From NCBI GenBank assembly GCA_963662715.1, contig OY759724.1, positions 1,562,662 to 1,626,661 on the forward strand: a DNA stretch of 64,000 nt. The letters run 5' to 3'. Origin of the DNA: Candidatus Omnitrophota bacterium (GTDB taxonomy: Bacteria; Omnitrophota; Gorgyraeia; Zapsychrales; JANLHA01). The position numbers were made by a program, and so were the translations under genes. This document shows positions 8,897-17,309 of this stretch, in pieces. Below the pieces are notes generated by a model that did not search any database, had not been told where the DNA came from, and was given only the letters and a program-made list of their open reading frames with translations. Each line of letters opens with the position of its first letter. Position 1 is the first letter of the stretch.

Positions 8897-9248
8897 GCTG
8901 TCGAATCCTTTCCTGTCCATAACCCCACCCTTGGTGAAATGGCCCGTCCGAGAACATTATCCGCAAAAATGGAAGCGGAAGATCACGCCCCGGAACCCGG
9001 GGAAAAGGGAACGTTCTGTGTTGCCCATGAAGGAGGCGGTCCACGCTTTGGGCCGGGTATCCTGTGCTTGAAACCAGGAATCGTTGTGACCGCAATTAAA
9101 ATAGCTGCGGGGGAAGGCGGTCGTTGAAAATATTAAGGTTGCGGATTGAGGAAATGCCTAATTGGTTATAAAATGTTTCCGTCAGGCTATCCGCCTCTGG
9201 TCCGCCAGAAGGTACGCATATTGTCAATAATCAGAGAAGAGGAGAAAA

Positions 9249-9671
9249 ATGAAAAAATCAAGAATGAAGATCACGGCCGTGTTTGCATGTGGAATCTTAT
9301 GTGTCACCTTGCTCTGCTCCTGCGGTAAACCGAAAGATCAGAAGATCCTCGATGAAGAAACTGTCGAACAGATACGGACGGCCAATGAAAGTCTCCCGGT
9401 GATGCTTGATGACGATACGAGGTTAGAACGCATCGAAGGCGGTCCGGGCAACCGGATGACGTATCATTGTACTCTTGTTAAATATTCTTCAGAACAGCTC
9501 CCTAAGGAGCTGTTCGATAAAGAAATAGCCCCGATTATTAAAAAGAACAATTTGTCGAATTACTCTTTATTGACTTATTTCAGAAAAGGGATAACGGTCA
9601 TCTACAGCTATAAAGGAAATGACGGCGTGCATATTTCCGACGTTGTCTTGGATCCGGGGAACAGGTATTAA
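9249..9671 (+). CDS. hypothetical lipoprotein
   Basis: GAGGAG ribosome-binding site. Signal peptide with lipobox ...LLCSCG. Confidence 0.5.
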   Translation: MKKSRMKITAVFACGILCVTLLCSCGKPKDQKILDEETVEQIRTANESLPVMLDDDTRLERIEGGPGNRMTYHCTLVKYSSEQLPKELFDKEIAPIIKKNNLSNYSLLTYFRKGITVIYSYKGNDGVHISDVVLDPGNRY

Positions 9672-9819
9672 GTTTTGCGGGGGCTTTGGCCTCCCGGGCG
9701 GGAATCTCGCCAATAATTCAGAAAGCATGAAAAGAGGCGTCCGCAGGCTCTGAGTCAAGGTGCCCTTTTGGGCGGTGGACGGTCATGACCGGCGAATATT
9801 TTTCCGGCAGGTATGCGTT

Positions 9820-10524
9820 ATGCAAAAAAAGATGAATTTGATTCATGGGGAGATTCAAAAGACAATAAAGACCCTTCAGTTGAGAATCCAGGACCGGTTT
9901 CCCAGCTCAGGTCTCGCAAGAGTCTGTCAGACTCTCGGCGACATATCCCAGGAAACGAACAATACTGTTCAATGGATCGAGAGGGCTAATTATCCTTTGC
10001 GTATTTGTATTTATTCTTTAATGGCCTTTTCCTGTATGGCCGTTTTCCGCTCTGTCATCCCGCTGAATATCAAAGTCAGTAAAATAACGATCATTGACCT
10101 TGTCCAAATAACGGTCTCGGCGCTGGATGGCCTGGTCCTCATCGGAGCCGGGGTGATATTTTTGGTGACCTATGAGAACAGGAGGAAAAGGAAAAGAGTT
10201 ATCGGGGCGATCAATCAGCTGAAGGGGCTTGCCCACATTATTGATATGCATCAACTCACGAAGGACCCTGACAGCGTATCGAGAATCAATATTCCCACGC
10301 CGCACTCTCCGTCACGCTCGTTTAATAAATATGAACTGGGCCGTTATCTGAATTATTGTACGGAGATGTTGGCTCTGATCAGCAAAACAGGGTTTCTTTA
10401 TGTCCAGGATTTTCACGATCCCATAGCCACCAACGCTGTTGACGAACTGGAGGATTTGACGACGGGTCTATCGAGAAAAATATGGCAGAAGATCATGATT
10501 ATTCAATCTAAAGATAATGGATGA
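9820..10524 (+). CDS. hypothetical membrane protein
   Basis: Start chosen at MQKKMNLIHGE. Central pair of TM helices. No recognised domain. Confidence 0.4.
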   Translation: MQKKMNLIHGEIQKTIKTLQLRIQDRFPSSGLARVCQTLGDISQETNNTVQWIERANYPLRICIYSLMAFSCMAVFRSVIPLNIKVSKITIIDLVQITVSALDGLVLIGAGVIFLVTYENRRKRKRVIGAINQLKGLAHIIDMHQLTKDPDSVSRINIPTPHSPSRSFNKYELGRYLNYCTEMLALISKTGFLYVQDFHDPIATNAVDELEDLTTGLSRKIWQKIMIIQSKDNG

Positions 10525-10632
10525 GGGGGCTTTATGCCCGCTGATGTGTGCCGGCGAATTTTTGGGGGTGCCGAGAATAAAGACACCCTGTTTTTTCCCC
10601 GGGACCTTTTTTATGTTTAAGGGGATGTTGTT

Positions 10633-11124
10633 ATGTCCGTGTCACAATTAAATATCCGGACGGAAATTGTCAGGGGGCTCCTTATCGTCATTTTTGTCTT
10701 CTCCCCGGGCTTGAGCAGGGCGGAAAGTCTGTATTTTGAGAATGATCCGGAGTCCGCAGGCGGGATATCTTTGGGGGAACACATTTCCGAATACTGTAAC
10801 CGGATTTTGCCGGATTTTAAAAATCTGAAGGAAAGTCTGCAGCGGCGGCATCCCGGATGGTCTCAATTTGAGCTGGCGCTTAACCTTATGGAGTTAGGGA
10901 GAGCCCAGACGTCCGGAATCGATGCCCCCTCCCCCAAAGACGGGGAGTTCATTTTGAGCTATGTCAGATCTCTTAATTTTGAAAATTTTAATGCTGCTTT
11001 GTTTTCTGCTTATTCGGGTGGCTGCATCATGGGGTTGGTGTTAAAGGGAGAACTGAAGGCCCAGTATTTTATAGATGCTTTGAAGCTGTCGTCGCACATA
11101 GCCCAGATGACATTTGAACCGTAA
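10633..11124 (+). CDS. secreted hypothetical protein
   Basis: Signal-peptide-like N-terminus (..LLIVIFVFSPGLSRA). Confidence 0.45.
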   Translation: MSVSQLNIRTEIVRGLLIVIFVFSPGLSRAESLYFENDPESAGGISLGEHISEYCNRILPDFKNLKESLQRRHPGWSQFELALNLMELGRAQTSGIDAPSPKDGEFILSYVRSLNFENFNAALFSAYSGGCIMGLVLKGELKAQYFIDALKLSSHIAQMTFEP

Positions 11125-11127
11125 TAT

Positions 11128-11343
11128 GTGATGCTTGTGGCGGGAGACTATACGGTAAGTCAGGGGGATGTTGTGTTCAGAATTATACATGAGAACGGGC
11201 GCCCTGAATCTGTCCGGGGAAAGATTGTCCTGAACGGAGATGAGTTGATCCTGACTTCCGGGGACGACCAGGAGAGCGAAAGATGCGCGAAAGTAAAAAC
11301 AAAATCTTTGCCGGACTCGGATGCCAGTGAATTCGATGATTGA
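11128..11343 (+). CDS. small hypothetical protein
   Basis: 71-aa ORF packed between two genes with 3-nt gaps. No signal peptide or domain. Confidence 0.25.
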   Translation: MMLVAGDYTVSQGDVVFRIIHENGRPESVRGKIVLNGDELILTSGDDQESERCAKVKTKSLPDSDASEFDD

Positions 11344-11891
11344 ACCATTTTTTCCCGGGGGGAGTAAAAGAGTCTATGAAAAAGTTTTTGCTTGTCTTTG
11401 CCGCCATACTGGTATTCTTCTTTTACAGTTTGGCCGCAGATACTTTTACTGATAATGCTGATGAATTGATCGGGTATCTTGTGAAAGAGGGCAATGCTTA
11501 TTGCACTCCGCAGGCTAAGAAAGCGCGTGTGAAACTGGAATATTTAGGCGTGGATGTTTTCCCTGAACTTGTTGACAATGTCCATGATGCCCGTCCGGCC
11601 TGGCCTTGTCTTCAGCAGGAGACCATAAATGAGACGACGGTAGGTGATGTCTGTTTTGAACTGGTCCGCTGGCAAGTGCAGAAGTCCTTTTATACGAAGA
11701 TGGGGCCGCATTTTCTGACGAAGGAAAGCCTGGAGGACTGGTGGGCAGAAAGACGAGGCCGGAGTCTGTTGGAGTTGCAAGTCGAGGCTTTAGAATGGGC
11801 TATTCAGGAAGTGAAAACGAACGCGGCCTACGGAAGGTATCCCGAGGATTGGCTGGAGCGCATGGAATCAAAGCTGAGACAATTACGGTAG
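11340..11891 (+). CDS. secreted hypothetical protein
   Basis: Signal peptide MKKFLLVFAAILVFFFYSLA. Start may be at the internal MKKF. Confidence 0.45.
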   Translation: MNHFFPGGVKESMKKFLLVFAAILVFFFYSLAADTFTDNADELIGYLVKEGNAYCTPQAKKARVKLEYLGVDVFPELVDNVHDARPAWPCLQQETINETTVGDVCFELVRWQVQKSFYTKMGPHFLTKESLEDWWAERRGRSLLELQVEALEWAIQEVKTNAAYGRYPEDWLERMESKLRQLR

Positions 11892-11989
11892 AAGCTTTAG
11901 ATATGAAACCGTATTGATACATTGTATGAGGGATATCCCGTGAAACGGGACGGGATGATTTTTCCCTGTTCTCGACCCCATGTTAGAAT

Positions 11990-12451
11990 ATGGCATACGA
12001 ACACACACAAGAAGGCATGCTGCATTATATATTGTACGGGACGAGTTTTATCCTTGTTTTCCTGGGCTTAAAGCTTGGAGCAGAACCTTTTTTTTCTGTT
12101 GTTTTTTATATCGCGGCATTGTTCCTTTTGCTGCTCAGCGTTTCCTGCCAGTCGCTCACGGTTAAAGATGAAGGGGATTTCTTGAGTATTTATTCCGGGC
12201 CGATGGCGCTGTTTAAGAAAAAGATCAGGTATTCGGGAATCCGCTCGGTTTCCCGCTCAAAATCAACCATCCTGGACGGATGGGGGTGGCATTATAGGTT
12301 AGGGAAGGGCTGGATCATTAATGTCGGGGGATTTGACTGTGTCGCCATAAAGACCGAAAAGAGTCAATGGCGTATAGGGACAGACGACCCTGAAGGATTA
12401 ATGGATTTTTTACGGGGAAAGGTCGCTCCGCCGGAAAAAGATCATATTTAG
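11990..12451 (+). CDS. membrane-anchored hypothetical protein (possible bacterial PH-like domain)
   Basis: Two N-terminal TM helices followed by a roughly 90-aa beta-rich segment. Confidence 0.4.
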   Translation: MAYEHTQEGMLHYILYGTSFILVFLGLKLGAEPFFSVVFYIAALFLLLLSVSCQSLTVKDEGDFLSIYSGPMALFKKKIRYSGIRSVSRSKSTILDGWGWHYRLGKGWIINVGGFDCVAIKTEKSQWRIGTDDPEGLMDFLRGKVAPPEKDHI

Positions 12452-12479
12452 TTCAAGGCGGGGCTTTTTTAAAAAGATT

Positions 12480-12986
12480 TTGGGGAGGTGCAGGATGAAA
12501 ATATGGTTGGCAAGAAAATGGAAGTGGAACATCTGTGTTGTTCTGTGCAGTTTTATCTGTCTGTCCGGGGCTGCCGTTATGGCTGAAGAGGAGGCTTTGA
12601 AGGCCGCTAAGATTTTTTTTGAAAGTTTTGTGGAAGGCGGCGAGAATGTGGAGCCGAACATCGTCGATTATTTCGCCGATGACGCCAAAATTATCGCCAT
12701 CCGTCAGGTGGGGGATAATGAACCCCAGCGGATTGTCACCAACGGCCGCAGGCATAAAGAATACCTCCGCCGGGCTTTCAAGCGGGCTAAGATTAAAAAA
12801 CTGACCGGAAAAAAGGGGAGCAGTTTCTCCGATGTTTTTTATGCCATGGAAGGGGAGTGTGTCAGGATTTCCGCCCTCCGCCATTCCGAGTTCAGAAGGA
12901 CGGAGACGCTATATTCCCTGCTGGTTTGTCAGGATAGCCAGGGGGAATGGCGTATTATGGAAGAAATTAATGAAATCAAAGAATAA
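12480..12986 (+). CDS. secreted hypothetical protein (NTF2-like?)
   Basis: Signal peptide ..LCSFICLSGAAVMA. No motif recognised. Confidence 0.45.
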   Translation: MGRCRMKIWLARKWKWNICVVLCSFICLSGAAVMAEEEALKAAKIFFESFVEGGENVEPNIVDYFADDAKIIAIRQVGDNEPQRIVTNGRRHKEYLRRAFKRAKIKKLTGKKGSSFSDVFYAMEGECVRISALRHSEFRRTETLYSLLVCQDSQGEWRIMEEINEIKE

Positions 12987-12989
12987 AAA

Positions 12990-13517
12990 TTGTCGGGGTT
13001 AACAGAAAGGTTGTTTGTTGTGAAAGTTATATATGAAAGAATGATTTTAAAAACAGCCGGTGTCCTGCTGCTGTGTTGGGGCCTGGCCGTATCAGCTTTT
13101 GCCGTGCCTTTCAGGGTGGGGTGGGGCGGCCCGGGATATGATGATACCGCAAATCCGCCGGACCGTTTTGTGGCCTATCTTGATCCTTCCCGTAAAGTCA
13201 TTCAAATAAGCGTTAACACCTATGAGACGTCCAAAGAAGTTTCTCTTATTCGACTTGTCCCTTTCCAGGGACAGCAGGAAATCAAGTCAGATACTTGCCG
13301 TAAGACCTCCCGGCATTTGAAATCTCCGTGGGAATGTTCGTTCCTGGTTTCTGATATTAAAAAATTATCGGATTTGGGGATGATTATCGTTGAAAATGAA
13401 ATAGGCCAGAATATCCTGACGGATGACATTGATTTTGATCAGATTAATTTAATGATTATGGGTGAAGGCCAGCAACCTGATCTTCAGGGCGAAGGCATCC
13501 CAGACGGTCATTATTAA
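12990..13517 (+). CDS. secreted hypothetical protein
   Basis: Signal peptide ..LLLCWGLAVSAFA. Confidence 0.4.
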   Translation: MSGLTERLFVVKVIYERMILKTAGVLLLCWGLAVSAFAVPFRVGWGGPGYDDTANPPDRFVAYLDPSRKVIQISVNTYETSKEVSLIRLVPFQGQQEIKSDTCRKTSRHLKSPWECSFLVSDIKKLSDLGMIIVENEIGQNILTDDIDFDQINLMIMGEGQQPDLQGEGIPDGHY

Positions 13518-13677
13518 GAATGGGGCTATAGGGATGGTTCATGTTTTGACTAGCCGTATTTTCCCCGGCATAAAAGGGTTTGTGTCTTGACGGGGAACTC
13601 ATATATGATTTATGAATATGCGGGGCAACAGCCGTGCACGTCTGCTTGTTTTTGAGGAGCCGGCTTTCATTTAAAAG

Positions 13678-14283
13678 ATGATCATCGTGATCCCAGGGAA
13701 AAGAATATTATTATTTTCGTTATTGTTTCTGCCGGCCTTCCTGCTCGGCGGTTGTTCGGCGGTGAAGACAACCGGGAAAGCGGTGGGAACTGTCGGGAAA
13801 GTCGGCTATCATACGGTAAGGGTCGCGGGGAAAGGTGCTGTTGCCGTGGGCAAGGCGACGGGCAAAGCCACGAAGACTGTTGTTCATATGGCCAGCGGCA
13901 CGCAAGTCGTTCCTTTGGAGCGGAGAGGCGGTTTGATCGCGGAAGTTCAGTTGAATCGAAAGATCACGGCTAAGTTCCTTGTTGATACCGGCGCATCCCA
14001 GATGCAGATCTCTCAATCCCTGGCCCGCCGTTTGCATATTGATTTGCGGAAAGCCGAGGCTGTTCCCGTACGGGTCGCAGGAGGGAGAGTGGTCTCCGCC
14101 CGTTCCGTTGTTTTGAAGGAAGTCAGGATCGGGCGTGCCCGGGTAAAAAATGTGCAGGCGATTGTCATCGACCGGGAAGGCGCCATGGATTATGACGGAC
14201 TTTTAGGCATGTCATTTCTTAACCATTTTAATTTTCAGGTCGATACGGAAAACGCCCGTTTAATTCTTAAAAAACGTTCTTAA
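13678..14283 (+). CDS. retropepsin-like (clan AA) aspartic protease lipoprotein
   Basis: Lipobox LLGGCSA. 'FLVDTGASQMQIS' carries the D-T/S-G-A active-site motif. C-terminal '...GLLGMSFLNHFNFQVD' is typical of the TIGR02281-type bacterial retropepsins. There is a Gly/Lys-rich GKAxG repeat linker. Confidence 0.6.
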   Translation: MIIVIPGKRILLFSLLFLPAFLLGGCSAVKTTGKAVGTVGKVGYHTVRVAGKGAVAVGKATGKATKTVVHMASGTQVVPLERRGGLIAEVQLNRKITAKFLVDTGASQMQISQSLARRLHIDLRKAEAVPVRVAGGRVVSARSVVLKEVRIGRARVKNVQAIVIDREGAMDYDGLLGMSFLNHFNFQVDTENARLILKKRS

Positions 14284-14297
14284 GGGAGACCGATATA

Positions 14298-14876
14298 TTG
14301 AATGATTTTTTGCGTCAAGAGGCTCCTGCCTCCTGGCCGTGTCCGAAATGCGGTGCGCTGCTGGATCATCGGGGGGAGTATGTCTCCTGTCCGCAATGCC
14401 GCAGTATCCCGCTGCTTTTAGATGCCCTTGATTATATAGGAGTTTTGATCATTACAAACAGGGACGTGTCTGAAGATATCCAATGGTGGAATGAAAATGG
14501 ATGTATTCAGGCGTTCATCCTCGCTAACCCTTTATTGGCCGATGTTCTCAAGAATCTTTACCTGCAGGGGCCGGATAAAGTGCGCACGGCTTACCGCAGC
14601 GGTGTTGTTGTGACAACACAGGAGATTGCCGATCCTCTGCTATGGACGGAGAAAGCCTTGGAGCTGGTTAAGGTCAAAGAGGGGGAAATCATTTTGATTC
14701 AGCACGGGATCATTTATATGACTTTGCCTGACGGACAAGACGTTAAATGCGGTTTGTTGAATGTTTTGGCTTGTTCAGATAATATTTTGCTGAATCCCAA
14801 ACAGAATGATTCGCCCCCGGTGTATATTGTGGCCATGAACAGGCAATTTGTCCCTCTTTCCGGGCGTCCCGGTTGA
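14298..14876 (+). CDS. zinc-ribbon-containing hypothetical protein
   Basis: N-terminal 'CPKCGALLDHRGEYVSCPQC' is a C4 zinc ribbon. Rest unknown. Confidence 0.45.
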   Translation: MNDFLRQEAPASWPCPKCGALLDHRGEYVSCPQCRSIPLLLDALDYIGVLIITNRDVSEDIQWWNENGCIQAFILANPLLADVLKNLYLQGPDKVRTAYRSGVVVTTQEIADPLLWTEKALELVKVKEGEIILIQHGIIYMTLPDGQDVKCGLLNVLACSDNILLNPKQNDSPPVYIVAMNRQFVPLSGRPG

Positions 14877-15141
14877 TGTGATGGCATAAGGTCTTTCCTT
14901 CTTTTCATCCTTTCCCGGAAAAATTTTTTATTAAAAACACCCTTCCTTTTTTGTCCCGTCCCCCCCCGGTGACGGATTTTGTTCCGTTTGTTGACATTTT
15001 TTTTACAGTTTTTTTGCACCCGGATGACATCCGTCAGGGTGTTTTATGTCATATTCAAGATAGATTTGTTTGTAACTTTTTTGCACAAACCACGTTTATC
15101 TTAAGAGGCCACGCCGGTGCGGGGCACGGGAGAAAAACGGC

Positions 15142-15426
15142 ATGAAATTCCGAAGACCATATAATCCAGGGAGATATAGCCATTTGTACATCCATCACAT
15201 GCTTTATTTCCCCCGGACGAATACGGTTCTCGCTGCTGCCCGGGACAGCTTAACCGGAAAGATGTACTTGTTTATGGTGAGAAGAGAGCAAAAAAACGTA
15301 TATCTGCGGAACGCGCTTCAGGATATCTGGGAAGCCGTAACGGATAAAAATGAGTATCGGAGCATTCTGCAGCTTATGAACAAGGCCTTGGCCGGCAGGA
15401 AAGCCCTCGTCATTATTTGTAATTGA
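15142..15426 (+). CDS. small hypothetical protein
   Basis: 94-aa ORF. Weak support. Confidence 0.2.
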   Translation: MKFRRPYNPGRYSHLYIHHMLYFPRTNTVLAAARDSLTGKMYLFMVRREQKNVYLRNALQDIWEAVTDKNEYRSILQLMNKALAGRKALVIICN

Positions 15427-15506
15427 CCGTTGTTTTATTCTATCAGCTTGTTGAAGCTGTTCAATTGTTTAAGTGTCGGGAAAACCTTACTCAAGGAGGC
15501 GTTATT

Positions 15507-16559
15507 ATGATACGAAGAATCATGGCAAAGATTGCTGTTTGGGGAGCTGTTATTGGCCTTTTCTTTTCTCCCGCTGTTCACGCTGAACACCCGCGGGATA
15601 TCCGGGATTACATCCAGTCGCTGGAAGTCGGGGAGCCGGTTTACCATGATAACCTGACGATCATTCCTGTTTATTCAGCTCATATCCAGGACCGCAGGGA
15701 TTACACGACGCTGGATGATGCCCTGGCCAGCAATTGGCTTAGTGTTACGGAAATAGGACAGGGAGGTCAGGTGCCGCAGGTTGAACTCAACAATTACTCG
15801 AACAGAACGATTTTTATTATGGGCGGGGAGATTATTTCCGGAGGCAAACAGGACAGGATTATCGGCCGGGAGGTCCTTTTAAGCCCGAGAGCGCGTCGTG
15901 TTGTCGTTCCGGTCTATTGCGTCGAACAAAACCGCTGGCAGTATCAATCAGAAAAATTTTATAGTAAACAGAATCTGGGAACGTGGAATTTGAGATCAAC
16001 CGCTCAATATGCTCCGGTCGGCGCCCAGTCCGCCATCTGGGGCAATATCGAAACAGCGCAGAGGGAAATGGGCGTCCGTTCCAGCACCAATGCCTACCAG
16101 GATACGTATGATCAAAAAGGCGTCCGCGATAAAATCGTGAAACATGAACGGCATTTCAGCCGTATCCCGCAGCTGCGCCGCGATACGGTCGGAGTCGTCG
16201 TCGGCGTGGGAGGCCGCATCGTTAATGCCGACCTTTTCGCAAATCCGGCGCTGTTTCAGAAATTATGGCCTAAAATACTGAAATCATCGGCTTTGGCGGC
16301 CATCGGGTCTAGAAGGAGCGGTAGCGTAAGCCAGGAAGATGCGGCCTGGTTTATCCGCAGACTTTATGACACGTCTTATCAGAGGAAATCGGCTGTTGAT
16401 CTGGGGGCGGAATTTTCCGCTTACGAAGGCAGCAATGTTAATGTCATCGTTTGCCGGAATGCCGTCATTCATCTGTCGGCATTCTTGGATGAGACCGGCA
16501 CGGAGTATGTTCCTGTCAGAAGAGATACCGAACGGAGAATCCCTGTGATGAGAAGGTAA
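15507..16559 (+). CDS. secreted hypothetical protein
   Basis: AAGGAGG ribosome-binding site before the ATG at 15507. Signal peptide ..FFSPAVHA. 350 aa, beta-rich. No family recognised. Confidence 0.5.
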   Translation: MIRRIMAKIAVWGAVIGLFFSPAVHAEHPRDIRDYIQSLEVGEPVYHDNLTIIPVYSAHIQDRRDYTTLDDALASNWLSVTEIGQGGQVPQVELNNYSNRTIFIMGGEIISGGKQDRIIGREVLLSPRARRVVVPVYCVEQNRWQYQSEKFYSKQNLGTWNLRSTAQYAPVGAQSAIWGNIETAQREMGVRSSTNAYQDTYDQKGVRDKIVKHERHFSRIPQLRRDTVGVVVGVGGRIVNADLFANPALFQKLWPKILKSSALAAIGSRRSGSVSQEDAAWFIRRLYDTSYQRKSAVDLGAEFSAYEGSNVNVIVCRNAVIHLSAFLDETGTEYVPVRRDTERRIPVMRR

Positions 16560-16607
16560 GTATATGAACCACGATAATTTTTAGGATTTTAAAGGGGAAT
16601 ATGTTTA

Positions 16608-17309
16608 TTATTCCCCTTTGCTGTTAAAACGGTAGCCGACGCCGTGCACGGTCAGAATATGGCGGGGTTGCGCGGGATTGTCCTCGATTTTCTTGCGGAG
16701 ATTCGCGATATGCTGGTCAAGGGTCCGGGTTGTTCCTGTATACTGTATGCCCCAGATTTCATCCAGGAGTGTCCAGCGGTCCAGCACCTGGCCGTCATGA
16801 TTCGAAAACAGCCTGAGAAGTTCCACCTCCCGGGGGCTGATATCAAACTCTTTCTTCCCTTTATACGCTTTGAGTTTTTTGATATCGACGGTTATGTCCC
16901 CGAATTGGATCGGGTCCTGGCTGGTGTGCGGCCTGCCCTTAAGTTGGCTGCGTCTTAAAACCGCCCGAATACGGGCCAGGAGTTCATTGACGCTGAAGGG
17001 TTTAACTATATAGTCATCGGCCCCGAGTTCAAGCCCGACGATTTTATCGACTTCCTGCCCTTTGGCTGTCAGCATCAGGATAGGCGTACGGGGATCTTTT
17101 TTCCGTATTTCTTTGCACACGTCATATCCGCTTTTCTCCGGGATCATGATATCCAGAAGGATGAGGTCAGGGCGTTCGGCCCTGTAAAGGCTCAGGGCCT
17201 TTTCTCCGTCTCTGGCGGAAAAAACCTGGTAGTTTTCATCCATAAGCAGATCATTCAGGCCGGTCAGGATATGGACGTCATCTTCAACGACGAGTATTTT
17301 CTTTTTCAT
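16608..17309 (-). CDS. OmpR/PhoB-family two-component response regulator
   Basis: Receiver domain (MKKKILVVEDD...D...LLDIMIP...K) plus a C-terminal winged-helix segment ('RTLDQHIANLRKKIE...VHGVGYRF'). Confidence 0.85.
   Translation of the reverse strand: MKKKILVVEDDVHILTGLNDLLMDENYQVFSARDGEKALSLYRAERPDLILLDIMIPEKSGYDVCKEIRKKDPRTPILMLTAKGQEVDKIVGLELGADDYIVKPFSVNELLARIRAVLRRSQLKGRPHTSQDPIQFGDITVDIKKLKAYKGKKEFDISPREVELLRLFSNHDGQVLDRWTLLDEIWGIQYTGTTRTLDQHIANLRKKIEDNPAQPRHILTVHGVGYRFNSKGE

Noticed and set aside
8897-9248. RNase P RNA or tmRNA in the 350-nt gap
   Set aside because: Conserved CR-I/CR-IV (AGGAAAGUCCGGGCUCC-like) and tmRNA termini (GGGGCUGAUU...CCACCA) are not found.
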